DNA from: an uncultured Acidobacteriota bacterium
Lineage (GTDB): Bacteria; Acidobacteriota; Vicinamibacteria; Vicinamibacterales; CAVPJW01
Length of the DNA: 64,000 bases
Direction: 5' to 3'
Assembly: GCA_963826865.1 (NCBI GenBank)
Contig: CAWGYQ010000009.1
Location: forward strand, 14,570 to 78,569
Positions 28,245 through 38,637 of the stretch are shown here, one piece after another; positions within the stretch are counted from its first letter, which is position 1, and every line of letters begins with the position of its first letter. A model generated the notes under the pieces. The model was not told where the DNA came from and did not search any database. It saw only the letters and a program-made list of their open reading frames with translations. Made by a program: the position numbers and the translations under genes.

Positions 28245-28280
28245 GGCTCCTCGGCCCCGCGCGTTCCGGCTCGACCACGA

Positions 28281-30063
28281 TCACCCGCGGGCCGTGGCCG
28301 ACGTCTCGGCCTGCGCCGCCGATTCAGCGGAGACCGCGGCTTCGACTGGTCCTCGGGTGGCGAGCGGCAGCCGTACCGTGAAGGTGCTGCCCTTCCCGGG
28401 CACACTCACGACATCGATACGGCCGCGGTGCGCCGCGACGAGCTCGCTGGCAATCGCGAGACCCAGACCGAAGCCCTGCCGGTTCAAACGCGCTCCCGAG
28501 CCTCTGAAGAACCTGTCGAAGATGCGATGCCGATCCGACGGCGCAATACCCACGCCCTCATCAGCGATCGAGATGGCGACTTCTGCCGGCGTCTCCTCCA
28601 GCCTGACGATCACGTGCTTCGCGCCGTCCGAGTACTTCACCGCGTTGTCGAGAAGGTTCACGAGCACCTGCTCGATGGCGACCGGATCGGCGAAGACGAT
28701 GGGCGACGAGCTCGTATCCTCGATTCGGATATCGAACCCTTCGAGCGCGAGGCTGCGCTGAAAGGCCTCGACAGTCTCTCGCACGAGAGTCGCGAGCTTC
28801 ACGTGCTCGGGCTCGTATCGGCGCGCGTCGGCCTGTACCCGCGAGAACTCCAGCACGCGCTCCACGAGCGTCGAGAGGCGGGCGGTTTCAGTGCGCATGA
28901 TCTCGAGATACTGCGAAAGCTTTTCGGGCGACCGAACGCGATCCATCCCCACGGTCTCGATGGCAGCGCTCAAAAGAGACAGTGGCGTCTTCAACTGGTG
29001 CGACACGTGCGAGATGAAGTCGGACTGCATGCGCGCGAGCTGGTCGGCGCGCTTGCTGCCCTTGACCGCGAAGAAGAGCGCCACGACGATGAGCCCAATC
29101 GAGAGACCCGACAGCCAGTACCGCTTGCCCCCCCGACCACGACGCCAGGCTCGCGATCGACGACGCCGAAGGACTGACCAGCACCGACCAGCGCCGCTGC
29201 GGCACGACCGACGACATGCGATTCTCGAGCTCATCGCCGGGGTAGAACTGGAGCAGGAAGCTCGAGCGTGCCGTCACTGAGCTGAGGGCCTCGCCCGAAC
29301 TGAACACGGGCTGCCCGGCCTCGTCGAGCAGGCGCATGACGAGGTGGGGATCGCCCTTCAGGAGCGGCGCCAGCCGGCGGCGGTAAATCTCGGGAAACGC
29401 CTGCGTCTTGAACGCCTCGTGATTGACGATGAATCCAAGGATGGCGAACAGGCGATCGCGGTTGGCATCGACCCAGAGCATCCGAAGCATCACGTCCGAT
29501 CGGGCGCCGCCGAAATTCTCCTCCACGGCGGCGTACGCCAGCTGCGACTTGCTCTTCGCCCGCGCGGCGTCATAGACCACGCGGCCCACGGCGCTGTCAC
29601 GGTAGAACCCCGGGACGCTTCGCCCGCGGACCTTGAGATCCACACGCTGGATGTGCGGAGCGTTCGGCTGCGCTCCCAGGAAAAGCACTTCGCCCGGCAC
29701 GACGCGGTCGGTCAGATCTTCCCAGATGAAGAACCGCTCGACGTGCGGAAAGTCCTTGAGACCCTTGGCGTAGTGCTCGGCCACCAGGTCGAGCCGACCG
29801 GCGCTCAGGAGCGGGTGGTTCACGGCCGCGAGCGTCAGAAACACCGGGCCCTCGAACGACCGGCGAATCTCGGCCGCCAGGCGGTTTGCGGTGTTCGACG
29901 ACATCTCCGTGAGGACCAGCTCAGTCTGGCGCTGCAGACTGGTCAAGGCACGGTGCTGCAGATAGAGGACCAGGACGGAGGCGCAGAGCAGGGCCAGAAT
30001 GACGAAGAGCACTGGCTCAGGACCCTTGAGCCGTCGCCTGAAAAGGCCCATATGGTCGGACAT
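28281..30063 (-). pseudogene. Sensor histidine kinase, reading frame broken inside a 7-nt C/G homopolymer (29128-29134)
   Basis: The N-terminal sensor part (ORF 28888..30063, TM + periplasmic-like domain) and the C-terminal part (ORF 28281..29234) join as ...SIASLASWSGG/KRYWLSGLSIGLIVVALFF... if one G of GGGGGGG is removed. The C-terminal part carries the second TM, the H-box FISHVSHQLKTPL, DEGVGIAPSDRHRIFDRFFRG and GFGLGLAI. Confidence 0.8.
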
Positions 30064-30098
30064 TAGCGGTGCGCGGCGGCGAGTGTCAAGGCTCGAGG

Positions 30099-31328
30099 CT
30101 AGGCGATCACTCTCGTAAAGGCGAACGCGTCGTCGCCGCGGTCAGAGTGGCCGTGATAGGCGCGCAGCAGCAGCCGCGCGGCCAGAAACGCCTGCGCAAG
30201 ACCGTCCGATCCTGCGCCCAGCGCAAAGAGGTGCCGCGGGTAATTCCTGTGCGGACCGATAAAGGGCACGCCGTCCGCCGTGCGCGCGTACGCCGTGTCC
30301 CAGCCGAAGGATGGCATCAGCCCGGAAATCGCGGGATAGATGCGGGACAGCTGGTACATCGGCTGCCCGGTACGCTGCACCACGGCTTTCTGGCGGGCTC
30401 GTTCGGGAAGCGCAGCCCGGTCGGCGCCGCTGAAGAGCACGCGGTCCTCGCGAAGCCAACCAAGGCCGTGAGGCGGATTGCCCGCGCCGCGCACGATGGC
30501 TTGGAGCCGGCCCGTCGCGCGGCGAACCGAGGCGGGCAAGGGCTCGGTTGCCACGAGATACGTGTGCATGCGCTTGAAGTGCCGCTCGAGCGACCGAAAC
30601 GCACCGGAGGGACTCCCGGTGGCCAGGATCGCGGTCTGTGCCCGGACCGTGCCATCCGCTGTCTGGACGTCGATCCACTTGCGGGCCGGCTTCACACGCC
30701 GCACCTCTGAGTGCTCGAACAGGAGCGCGCCGCGGCTGGCGGCGGCCTTTGCAATCCCCAGACATGCCTTCAGTGGATCGAGCTGAGCGTCACCACCACG
30801 GCGAATCCCGCCCTGCGCCTCGATAGCCAGCTCGCTCGACAAGCGGCGCGCGTTCACCCAGCCAGCCTCGATCCCTGCTTCGCGTCGGGCGGCCAGCTCG
30901 CGCTTGAGCCGCTTGACCTCATCGTCGGTGGTGGCCAGCTGGACGCTCGCGCGCGACGTCAAGTCGCACCTCACGCCGAGCCGCTTGAGCGTCGCGACGA
31001 GATCGAGCGCGGCGCGGTGGGTGGCTTGGTACACATGCCGCGCGGTTCGGACGCCGTGGAAGCGCGACAACTCGGAGAACGAGGTCGAAGGGTCCTGAAG
31101 CACGAGACCGCTGGCGCAGCGTGTGGCGCCGCCCGCGAGGCGCTCGGCCTCGAAGAGCGCCACCTTGATCCCCCCGGCCGCAAACACATACGCCGTCGCG
31201 CATCCGGTGAGCCCTCCGCCGACAATGGCCACGTCGACATCGAGATGACCACGATGGCGCGGCCATGACATCCGTTTGTTTTGCGGGGTCAAGCCGTCCC
31301 AGAACGACACGCCGTACTTAGTTGTCAT
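30099..31328 (-). CDS. FAD-dependent oxidoreductase (DAO/glycine-oxidase-like family)
   Basis: Dinucleotide-binding motif VAIVGGGLTGCATAYVFAAGGIKVALFEA; 409 aa. Confidence 0.8.
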   Translation of the reverse strand: MTTKYGVSFWDGLTPQNKRMSWPRHRGHLDVDVAIVGGGLTGCATAYVFAAGGIKVALFEAERLAGGATRCASGLVLQDPSTSFSELSRFHGVRTARHVYQATHRAALDLVATLKRLGVRCDLTSRASVQLATTDDEVKRLKRELAARREAGIEAGWVNARRLSSELAIEAQGGIRRGGDAQLDPLKACLGIAKAAASRGALLFEHSEVRRVKPARKWIDVQTADGTVRAQTAILATGSPSGAFRSLERHFKRMHTYLVATEPLPASVRRATGRLQAIVRGAGNPPHGLGWLREDRVLFSGADRAALPERARQKAVVQRTGQPMYQLSRIYPAISGLMPSFGWDTAYARTADGVPFIGPHRNYPRHLFALGAGSDGLAQAFLAARLLLRAYHGHSDRGDDAFAFTRVIA

Positions 31329-31383
31329 GCGCGTTGGGTTCGGGCGGTTGTCGGCTCGCGCACCGCCCTGCCTGAACGTCCGG

Positions 31384-32307
31384 TCATGGCGCTTCGAGAC
31401 TCGTCAGCACCTGGATCAGACGCGTAACCTGGGCGAGCTCCGGAAGCGTCCCGCGCACCCAGTGCGCGTCGGCGCGGGACAGCCCGGGGACATATGACGC
31501 CCGCTCGGCGTCGATGGTGAGCTTGAAGCCGATTTCGAACTGCACCGGCGTGTCGATGGGATAGAGGCGTGCCTCGCCGATCCGGGACATCGCGCGCCCG
31601 ACACCTTCCCGAATCATCTGCCGACCTCTCGCCGGCGTCACCGATAGCGCCGAGTGGTAGCCCAGGCCTTCCTTCACGATCACGCCTTCGACCCACGGCG
31701 CCACCGATCGCAGTTTCTCGACGGCCGCGCGATCGCCCGAGATGAACACGACCGGCACCTTGTAGTGCGCAGCGAGCCCGGCATTGATGATGCCCTCGGA
31801 AGCGTCCATGCCGTTCAGCCGGATACCGAGGAGCTTGGCGCTCGAGATCGTATGTCCGCGCACGGCGTCCACACCCCACTCGCTCGCGTGATAGCCGATG
31901 AACATGGCGGCCTGAAAGGTGTCGTCGATGCCCTGCATCATCGACAGCGGCCGCGGGAAGCCGCGCACGATCCGGACATCGTCGGGCAGCTTGTCGATGA
32001 GGACGTTCTGCGCATTGCCGTGCGAGTCGCTGATGACAATTTCGCGCGCGCCGGCCGCGCGCGCGCCGTCGATGGCAGCAAGGAGCTCGCCCGTCATCCA
32101 TTCGCGCGCCAGGCCGTATTCGAACCCGGTCGGTCCGAGCTGGGCCGGCTGTACCACACCCGTGATGCCTTCCATGTCGATCGAGATGTAGACCTTGAGA
32201 GGGCGCTGGGATGCTGGCGCCTGGCCGGCAGCCAGACGCGAGGGATTGGTCGAGCTCAGCACCGCGATGCCGAGCAGGATGAGCACCACCCGAATCAACG
32301 GCTTCAC
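31384..32307 (-). CDS. M55-family D-aminopeptidase (B. subtilis DppA-type), with signal peptide
   Basis: KVYISIDMEGITGVV, REIVISDSHGN, MFIGYHA motifs; N-terminal MKPLIRVVLILLGIAVLSS. Confidence 0.75.
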   Translation of the reverse strand: MKPLIRVVLILLGIAVLSSTNPSRLAAGQAPASQRPLKVYISIDMEGITGVVQPAQLGPTGFEYGLAREWMTGELLAAIDGARAAGAREIVISDSHGNAQNVLIDKLPDDVRIVRGFPRPLSMMQGIDDTFQAAMFIGYHASEWGVDAVRGHTISSAKLLGIRLNGMDASEGIINAGLAAHYKVPVVFISGDRAAVEKLRSVAPWVEGVIVKEGLGYHSALSVTPARGRQMIREGVGRAMSRIGEARLYPIDTPVQFEIGFKLTIDAERASYVPGLSRADAHWVRGTLPELAQVTRLIQVLTSLEAP

Positions 32308-32678
32308 CGGACGCCTCGCCGGCGCAACCGCCCGGGTGGCGCCGCCAGGGCTCTCACCACTGCCCGTTCAAGGAGCAGCGCCAGATGAGCAAACCCACTG
32401 CGGTTCGGACGCACCACGCTCCATCCTTTCGACGCTCGGCCGTTGATCACCAGCGGATCAATCGTCACGTTCCGGCCCCGCACATCGTCCTTCGTCAATC
32501 GACAGACGAGCCCGCCCTCGACGACGCAAGCCACCAGGCGCCGGCCGGCATAGACGGCCGGCATGCCGAACATGGCGCCGGTCCTCAGCCCCGAGCGCGC
32601 CCGCGCGAATTCTCTGAGAAACTCGACCAGAGATCCAGGCGTGCCCTCTCGGCTGACTGAAGGTGGCAAGGCCGGCAC
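32304..32678 (-). CDS. Small TfoX-N-terminal-domain-like protein (hypothetical)
   Basis: GAMFGMPAVYAGRRLVACVVEGGLVCRL resembles the TfoX_N core (MFGg..ly..G..Fa.v.d..l.lK). 4-nt overlap with the M55 gene. Confidence 0.4.
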   Translation of the reverse strand: MPALPPSVSREGTPGSLVEFLREFARARSGLRTGAMFGMPAVYAGRRLVACVVEGGLVCRLTKDDVRGRNVTIDPLVINGRASKGWSVVRPNRSGFAHLALLLERAVVRALAAPPGRLRRRGVR

Positions 32679-32775
32679 ATTCTACATCTGCGCGCGACCC
32701 GGCCGAGTCGGTCTAACATGAGCCGGTCGCATCCACGCCAATACTTGGAGCGCTGACTCGACCGGGAGGACGTTC

Positions 32776-33972
32776 ATGGATCGCAGAGAGTTTCTCCTGA
32801 CCGCTGCGGCGGCCGCTGTGGCGCCTCGTCGCGTGACGGCCTCCGGGCTGCCCGAATCGGTCCGCACGAACTTTCCCATCGCGTTGTCACGAACGTATCT
32901 GGACTCCGCGGCGATTCATCCGATGGGCGCGCATGCGGCCCGCGCGCTCGAACGTCACCTGGCGTTCCGACTCAAGGGGCCGGGCGAAGGCCGGGCGGAC
33001 TTCGACGCCGAGCGCCAGGGCGACCTGAAGCGCCGATTTGCCGGCCTGATCAACGCGACGCCTGCCGAGATTGCTTTCGTCCAGAACACATCCGACGGAG
33101 AGAACATCGTCGTCATGGGGATGGACCTCGCGAAGCGCGGAGGCAACGTCGTGCTCGACGAGCTGCACTTCACGTCTTCTCTCTACATGTACAAGTCGCT
33201 CGAAGCGAAGGGGCTGGAGCTCAGAATCGTGAAGCACCGCGACTGGGCCATCGACACCCGCGACGTCGAGCGAGTCGTCGATCGGAACACCCGCCTCGTC
33301 TCGCTGGCCCTGGTGTCAAACGTCAACGGCTATCTGCACGATGTTCGGGCCATCAGCCAGCTGGCGCATGCGCACGGCGCTTACCTCTACGCCGACATCG
33401 TCCAGGCCGTCGGAGCCGTGCCCATCGACGTTCGGGCAATGGGCATCGACTTCGCGGCAACCGCCACTTACAAATGGTTGATGGGCGAACGCGGCTTCGG
33501 ATACCTGTTCGTGCGCGAAGAGCTTCAGGAGGCGGTCGTTCCGACGACGCGCTATGGCCACCGGCAGGTGGCTGCCTTCGACCGCGTGGCACTGAGCTGG
33601 CAGAAAATTCCCGGCGCGGCGCAGTACGAAACGGGCACGTTCCCGAACGCGCTGGCAGTGTGCGCGTCCGAGTCCCTGACGTACATCGAGACGCTGGGTG
33701 TTCCAGCCATCCGGTCGCACGCGAAAGCGCTGACCGATCGCCTGCAGAAAGAGCTGCCCGCGGCCGGATACCCGTCGCTGACGCCCAAGGCGAATGACAC
33801 GCCGATCGTCGCCTTTCAGCTGAAGGATCCTGGCGAGGCGGCTCGCCGCCTGAAGGCCGCCAACGTCTCGGCCACCATCGTCGCGGACGAGAAGCGCCTG
33901 CGTCTCTCCGTGTCGGTCTTCAACACCGACGAAGACGTCGATCGCGTCGTGCGCGCGCTCGGCTCGGCGTAG
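32776..33972 (+). CDS. Class V aminotransferase-fold PLP-dependent enzyme (cysteine desulfurase/epimerase-like) with Tat-type signal
   Basis: MDRREFLLTAAAAAVAPRRVTA (twin-arginine RREFLL). PLP-lysine context ATATYKWLMGERGFGYLF; DIVQAVGAVPIDV. Confidence 0.75.
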   Translation: MDRREFLLTAAAAAVAPRRVTASGLPESVRTNFPIALSRTYLDSAAIHPMGAHAARALERHLAFRLKGPGEGRADFDAERQGDLKRRFAGLINATPAEIAFVQNTSDGENIVVMGMDLAKRGGNVVLDELHFTSSLYMYKSLEAKGLELRIVKHRDWAIDTRDVERVVDRNTRLVSLALVSNVNGYLHDVRAISQLAHAHGAYLYADIVQAVGAVPIDVRAMGIDFAATATYKWLMGERGFGYLFVREELQEAVVPTTRYGHRQVAAFDRVALSWQKIPGAAQYETGTFPNALAVCASESLTYIETLGVPAIRSHAKALTDRLQKELPAAGYPSLTPKANDTPIVAFQLKDPGEAARRLKAANVSATIVADEKRLRLSVSVFNTDEDVDRVVRALGSA

Positions 33973-33982
33973 ACGAGACGGG

Positions 33983-35080
33983 CTAGCCGGCCCGGCGGCC
34001 AGCGGAGGGCGCGGCGCGCCGTCGCTCCTGCTCGAGCAGGGCCTTCTTCCGCTCGACGCCCCAGCGGTAGCCGCCGGATGTCCCGTCGCCGGAGACGACG
34101 CGGTGGCACGGAATGACGAGGGCAACCGGATTTCTGGCGCACGCCTGTGCCACCGCGCGTGCGGCCGTCGGGCGGCCGAGCCGCCTGGCGACATCGCCGT
34201 ACGATCGAGTCTGGCCGTACGGAATGGCCTGAAGCTGCCGCCACACCCGCCACTGAAACGCCGTCGCCTGGACGTCGACCGGCAGACTCAGGCTGGGCCG
34301 CGCGCCGGCGAGATGCTGGAGGATGACTCCGGTGGACGCCGACAGGCGTCGATCGTCGCGCGTCACGGCAGCTGACGGATACTCCCGCCGCAGCTCTGAT
34401 TCGAGCGCGGCATCGCTGTCGCCGAGCTTCACGGACGAGATTCCGCGCACCGTCGCTGCCACGAGCAGCCGGCCGAGCGGTGAATCGAGAATCGTGTAGC
34501 GCATGCTGACCCCCAGCCCGCCGCGCCGATAGGTGGCCGGCGTCATGCCGAGTGCCCGATCCGACTTCTCGTACAGGCGACTGCTCGACCCGTACCCGGC
34601 GCCATACATCGCGGTCGTCACGTTCTTCCCCTCCTTGAGCTCCGCCTTGAACCGACCGACCCGGCACGCCTCCGCGTACTGCTGTGGCGACACGCCGACG
34701 ACGCGACTGAAGGTGCGTTGAAGGTGATGCGGACTTCCTCCAACGTGACGGCTGAGCGACGCCAGCGTGATGCGTTCGTCGCAGTGCTGGCGAATGTAGC
34801 GACACGCCTGCTCAACGCGCGCGAGCACCGGGTCCGGGCCTGGTGAAGCGGTCGGCTTGCAACGCCGGCAGGCGCGAAACCCGGCGCCTTCGGCGAGTTC
34901 CGCCTGTTCGAAGAACTGGACCACCGATCGTCGGGGTCTCCGGCTGGGACAGGACGGGCGGCAGAAGACGCCCGTGGAAGTGACACCGTAGACGAAGGCC
35001 TCGTCCCAGGCACCGTCGCGCGCGAGCACGGCGTTCCAGCGCAGATCGTCAATCGGCAGGTCGATAGCTCGTGACGTCAT
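33983..35080 (-). CDS. ada: Bifunctional Ada: methylphosphotriester-DNA methyltransferase/AraC-type regulator fused to O6-methylguanine-DNA methyltransferase
   Basis: N-Ada Cys4 zinc site (FCRPSCPSRR...FRACRRCKP), AraC HTH (HLQRTFSRVVGVSPQQY), C-terminal MGMT active site IPCHRVV. Start trimmed to the ATG at 35080. Confidence 0.85.
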   Translation of the reverse strand: MTSRAIDLPIDDLRWNAVLARDGAWDEAFVYGVTSTGVFCRPSCPSRRPRRSVVQFFEQAELAEGAGFRACRRCKPTASPGPDPVLARVEQACRYIRQHCDERITLASLSRHVGGSPHHLQRTFSRVVGVSPQQYAEACRVGRFKAELKEGKNVTTAMYGAGYGSSSRLYEKSDRALGMTPATYRRGGLGVSMRYTILDSPLGRLLVAATVRGISSVKLGDSDAALESELRREYPSAAVTRDDRRLSASTGVILQHLAGARPSLSLPVDVQATAFQWRVWRQLQAIPYGQTRSYGDVARRLGRPTAARAVAQACARNPVALVIPCHRVVSGDGTSGGYRWGVERKKALLEQERRRAAPSAGRRAG

Positions 35081-35191
35081 GCTCACACGATAGTCGAGAG
35101 CGCCGGAGGGGGCTATCCGAACGTTGCGGCAAAACATGTCCGCCGCCGGGGGGCGGGAACGGTCGGCTGCGGTGCAGCAGGGCGAGACAGG

Positions 35192-35698
35192 CTACGGGAG
35201 CGTCGCGCTCAGGACCTTGGCGGCCTGCTCCTGTCGAAACGACTTCAGGCTGGCGCGCAGGTCGGGACGGCTGAGCGAAAGAATCGCCACGGCCAGGAGC
35301 GCCGCATTGGAAGCGCCCGCGTCGCCAATCGCGAGAGTGCCGACGGGAATGCCGGCCGGCATCTGAACGGTTGCGAGGAGCGAATCGAGCCCGTTGAGCG
35401 CCTTGCTTTGAATGGGCACGCCGAGCACGGGCAGCGTCGTGTGGGCCGCGGTGACGCCGGCCAGGTGCGCCGCCCCGCCGGCCGCGGCAATGAACACCTC
35501 GATGCCCCGCGCCTCGGCACCGGACACATACTCCGCCGTTTCGTGCGGAGTGCGGTGCGCGGAGAGCACGCGCGATTCGTGCGGCACACCGAAGCGCGTC
35601 AACATCTCGTCGGCCAATCTCATCGTCTCCCAGTCGGACTTGCTGCCCATCAGAATGGCGACGAGAGGTGTTCCACTGCCGATGTGACTGGCGGCCAC
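35192..35698 (-). CDS. purE: 5-(carboxyamino)imidazole ribonucleotide mutase PurE
   Basis: [39 protein letters not shown]; 168 aa. Confidence 0.9.
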   Translation of the reverse strand: MAASHIGSGTPLVAILMGSKSDWETMRLADEMLTRFGVPHESRVLSAHRTPHETAEYVSGAEARGIEVFIAAAGGAAHLAGVTAAHTTLPVLGVPIQSKALNGLDSLLATVQMPAGIPVGTLAIGDAGASNAALLAVAILSLSRPDLRASLKSFRQEQAAKVLSATLP

Positions 35699-35705
35699 GG
35701 TTCGA

Positions 35706-37145
35706 TCAGTCTCCTTCGAGCGAGTAGCCGCGATCGCCGTCGAACGTGCAGAGGTGCTCGGTCTTGATGAAGTCGTAGCCGGCCTGACCCAGGCGATCGA
35801 GCTGCGCCACGATCTGCGCGTGCGTGACGGGCGTGGCCGGATCCGCGGACATGAACCGGCAGCGCCAGTGGTCGCTCAGAAATGTCTCGGGAAAGCCATC
35901 GGGCCAGACGCGAACGCCGCGATTGCTCAGCATCGACAGGCTCAGGCCGGGCACCACCAGGGTCTTGAGTCCTTGGCCCAGTGTCTCAGCCGGGCCCTCG
36001 GACCAGTCGAGGAAGATGTCCACGCCGACGAGCACCTTCTTCGCATCGACGGTCTCGGCTGCCTGTTCGACAATCTGGGGCGCCGACCGATACGTGACCG
36101 GCTTCAGCTTCTCGGGCTTCTGTCCGAGACGCTCGATGACGGCCGATGCAAATTCCTTCGTGCCGACCTTGCTCCGGCTCACGCCCTCCTCGTAGATGTC
36201 GTAGGTGTGCACGCCCTCTTCGAGGGTCTTGAGCCACGCGTTGTGCACTCGCTCGGCCACATCGGTTTGATCGATGTGCACCAGCATCATCACCGCGCCC
36301 AGCAGCAGACCTGACGGGTTGGCGAGATTCTGCCCTGCCCGGCGCGGCGCCGACCCGTGAATGGCCTCGAACATGGCGCAGTGATCGCCGATGTTCGCCG
36401 AGCCGGCCAGGCCGACCGATCCGGCAATCTGCGCGGCGACGTCGGACAGGATGTCGCCGTAGAGGTTCGGCATGACGATGACATCGAAGGCCTCTGGCGA
36501 ATCAGCCAGCTTCGCAGCGCCGATATCGACGATCCAGTGCTCCTTCTCGATGTCGGGATAGCGGGCGCCGATCTCGTCGTACACCTTGTGGAACAACCCG
36601 TCGGTGAGCTTCATGATGTTGTCCTTCGTGAAGCAGGTCACCTTCTTCCGGTTGTTCCGCCGCGCGTACTCGAAGGCATAGCGCACGATCTTCTCGGATC
36701 CGGGCCGCGAGATCAGTTTGAGGCACTGCACGACCTGTGCGGTCTGGCGATGCTCGATCCCCGCATACAGGTCTTCCTCGTTCTCGCGCACGATGACCAC
36801 GTCCATCACCGGGTGCTTCGTCCCTACGAAAGGATGATAGGAGACGCACGGACGCACATTGGCGTACAGCCCGAGCGTCTTCCGCGTGGTCACGTTGAGG
36901 CTCTTGAACCCGCCCCCCTGAGGAGTGGTGATCGGCGCCTTGAGGAACACCTTGGTCCGGCGGAGCGATTCCCAGGAGCCAGGCTCGATGCCGGTCTTGC
37001 TCCCGCGGTTGTACACGCGTTCGCCGATCTCGATGGTCTCGATGTCGAGGCGCGCGCCGGCTTCCTCGAGGATGCGCAGCGTCGCGTCCATGATTTCCGG
37101 ACCGATGCCGTCGCCGTGGGCGACGGTAATGGATCGTGAGTTCAT
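35706..37145 (-). CDS. icd: Isocitrate dehydrogenase, long (~480 aa) form with extra C-terminal domain
   Basis: [53 protein letters not shown]. The length and C-terminal extension match what I recall of Thermus-type IDH. Start trimmed to the ATG at 37145. Confidence 0.88.
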   Translation of the reverse strand: MNSRSITVAHGDGIGPEIMDATLRILEEAGARLDIETIEIGERVYNRGSKTGIEPGSWESLRRTKVFLKAPITTPQGGGFKSLNVTTRKTLGLYANVRPCVSYHPFVGTKHPVMDVVIVRENEEDLYAGIEHRQTAQVVQCLKLISRPGSEKIVRYAFEYARRNNRKKVTCFTKDNIMKLTDGLFHKVYDEIGARYPDIEKEHWIVDIGAAKLADSPEAFDVIVMPNLYGDILSDVAAQIAGSVGLAGSANIGDHCAMFEAIHGSAPRRAGQNLANPSGLLLGAVMMLVHIDQTDVAERVHNAWLKTLEEGVHTYDIYEEGVSRSKVGTKEFASAVIERLGQKPEKLKPVTYRSAPQIVEQAAETVDAKKVLVGVDIFLDWSEGPAETLGQGLKTLVVPGLSLSMLSNRGVRVWPDGFPETFLSDHWRCRFMSADPATPVTHAQIVAQLDRLGQAGYDFIKTEHLCTFDGDRGYSLEGD

Positions 37146-37248
37146 AAAGGGGATGTCTCTCCTGATGCGAGCGGACATCTTACTTCATCCCGTCGGCTCG
37201 AGCGCGAGGCGGAAGCCGGCGAGCCGAACCGAACGCACGGGGTGTAAG

Positions 37249-38637
37249 ATGCGAACAATCATGCGGGCGCTCCTTTTTCGAACGGTTGCGGTCGTCGCGG
37301 TGGCGGTTGCCGTCACGCTGCCGCCCTCTTCTGCACAAAGCCCGCCCTCGACACCGGCGCCGCTCCAGGTGCCGTATACGCAGTTCAGACTGAAGAACGG
37401 ATTGCAGGTGATCCTGCACGAGGATCACAAGGTGCCGCTCGTGTCGGTGAACGTCTGGTATCGGGTGGGATCCGGACGCGAAAGCGTGGGCCGCACCGGT
37501 CTGGCGCACCTCTTCGAGCACCTCATGTTCGAGGGCTCGGCCCATGTCAGGGAAGGCGAGTTCGATCGGCTGCTGGAGGGGGCCGGCGGCGACAACAATG
37601 GCTCGACCAGCAACGACCGCACCAACTATTTCATCGACGTGCCGTCCACGGGGCTGGAGCTCGCGCTGTTCCTCGAATCCGATCGGATGGGGTTCCTGCT
37701 CGATGTCATCACCCCCGAGCTCGTCGACGGGCAGCGAGACGTCGTCAAGAACGAGCGTCGCCAGAGCTACGAGAACCAGCCTTACGGGATGGCCTCGCTG
37801 GTGCTCGACGAGATGCTGTTCCCCAAGGGACATCCGTACAGCTGGCCGACGATCGGGCACATGGAGGATCTGACGGCAGCCAGCTTTGAAGATGTCGTGG
37901 CGTTCTACAAACGCTACTACGGACCCGGCAATGCCAGTCTGTCGATTGCCGGCGACATCGAGCCGGCCAGCACTCGAGCGCTGGTCGAGAAGTACTTCGG
38001 AGAGATTCCGCCGCGGCCTCCGGTGGAGCCGCTCGATGCCCCGCTTGCGGTGCTCACCGAAGTGAAGCGACGGACGCTCTACGACAAGGTGCAGCTTCCG
38101 CGACTGTACCTGGCCTGGCTGACGCCCTCCGCGCTGACGCCCGGCGACGCGCAACTCGATCTCGCTGCGGACGTCCTGACCGGCGGCAAGAATGCCAGGC
38201 TCTACCGGCGTCTCGTCTACGACATGCAGATCGCCCAGGATGTCACGGCTATGCAGGGCTCGGCGGATCTGGTTTCGACTTTCATGATCGTCGCCACAGC
38301 GCGCCCTGGTCACACCGTCGACGAGCTCAAGGCCGTCATCGACGAAGAGCTCGAGAAGCTCCGCGAGACTCCACCGGACACTCGTGAAGTACAGCGCGCG
38401 TTTCATGCCTACGAAGCGGCGTTCTTCGGAAGCATCGAGCGTATCGGCGGTTTCGGTGGCAAGGCCGATCTGTTGAACGCGTATTACACGGGAACCGGCA
38501 TCCCGGATTACTTTGCCGAAGACCTCTCGCGCTACCAGGCCTCGACCGCCTCGGACGTCCAGGCCGTGATCCGGCGCTATCTCCCCACCGATGCGCGCGT
38601 CGAGCTCGTCGTGCTGCCCGAGGCAGGCAAGCCGTGA
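37249..38637 (+). CDS. M16-family zinc peptidase (active subunit, HxxEH motif), secreted
   Basis: Signal MRTIMRALLFRTVAVVAVAVAV; GLAHLFEHLMFEGS (inverted zinc motif HLFEH); NGSTSNDRTNY. Start trimmed to the ATG at 37249. The stop overlaps the next start (GTGA). Confidence 0.85.
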   Translation: MRTIMRALLFRTVAVVAVAVAVTLPPSSAQSPPSTPAPLQVPYTQFRLKNGLQVILHEDHKVPLVSVNVWYRVGSGRESVGRTGLAHLFEHLMFEGSAHVREGEFDRLLEGAGGDNNGSTSNDRTNYFIDVPSTGLELALFLESDRMGFLLDVITPELVDGQRDVVKNERRQSYENQPYGMASLVLDEMLFPKGHPYSWPTIGHMEDLTAASFEDVVAFYKRYYGPGNASLSIAGDIEPASTRALVEKYFGEIPPRPPVEPLDAPLAVLTEVKRRTLYDKVQLPRLYLAWLTPSALTPGDAQLDLAADVLTGGKNARLYRRLVYDMQIAQDVTAMQGSADLVSTFMIVATARPGHTVDELKAVIDEELEKLRETPPDTREVQRAFHAYEAAFFGSIERIGGFGGKADLLNAYYTGTGIPDYFAEDLSRYQASTASDVQAVIRRYLPTDARVELVVLPEAGKP

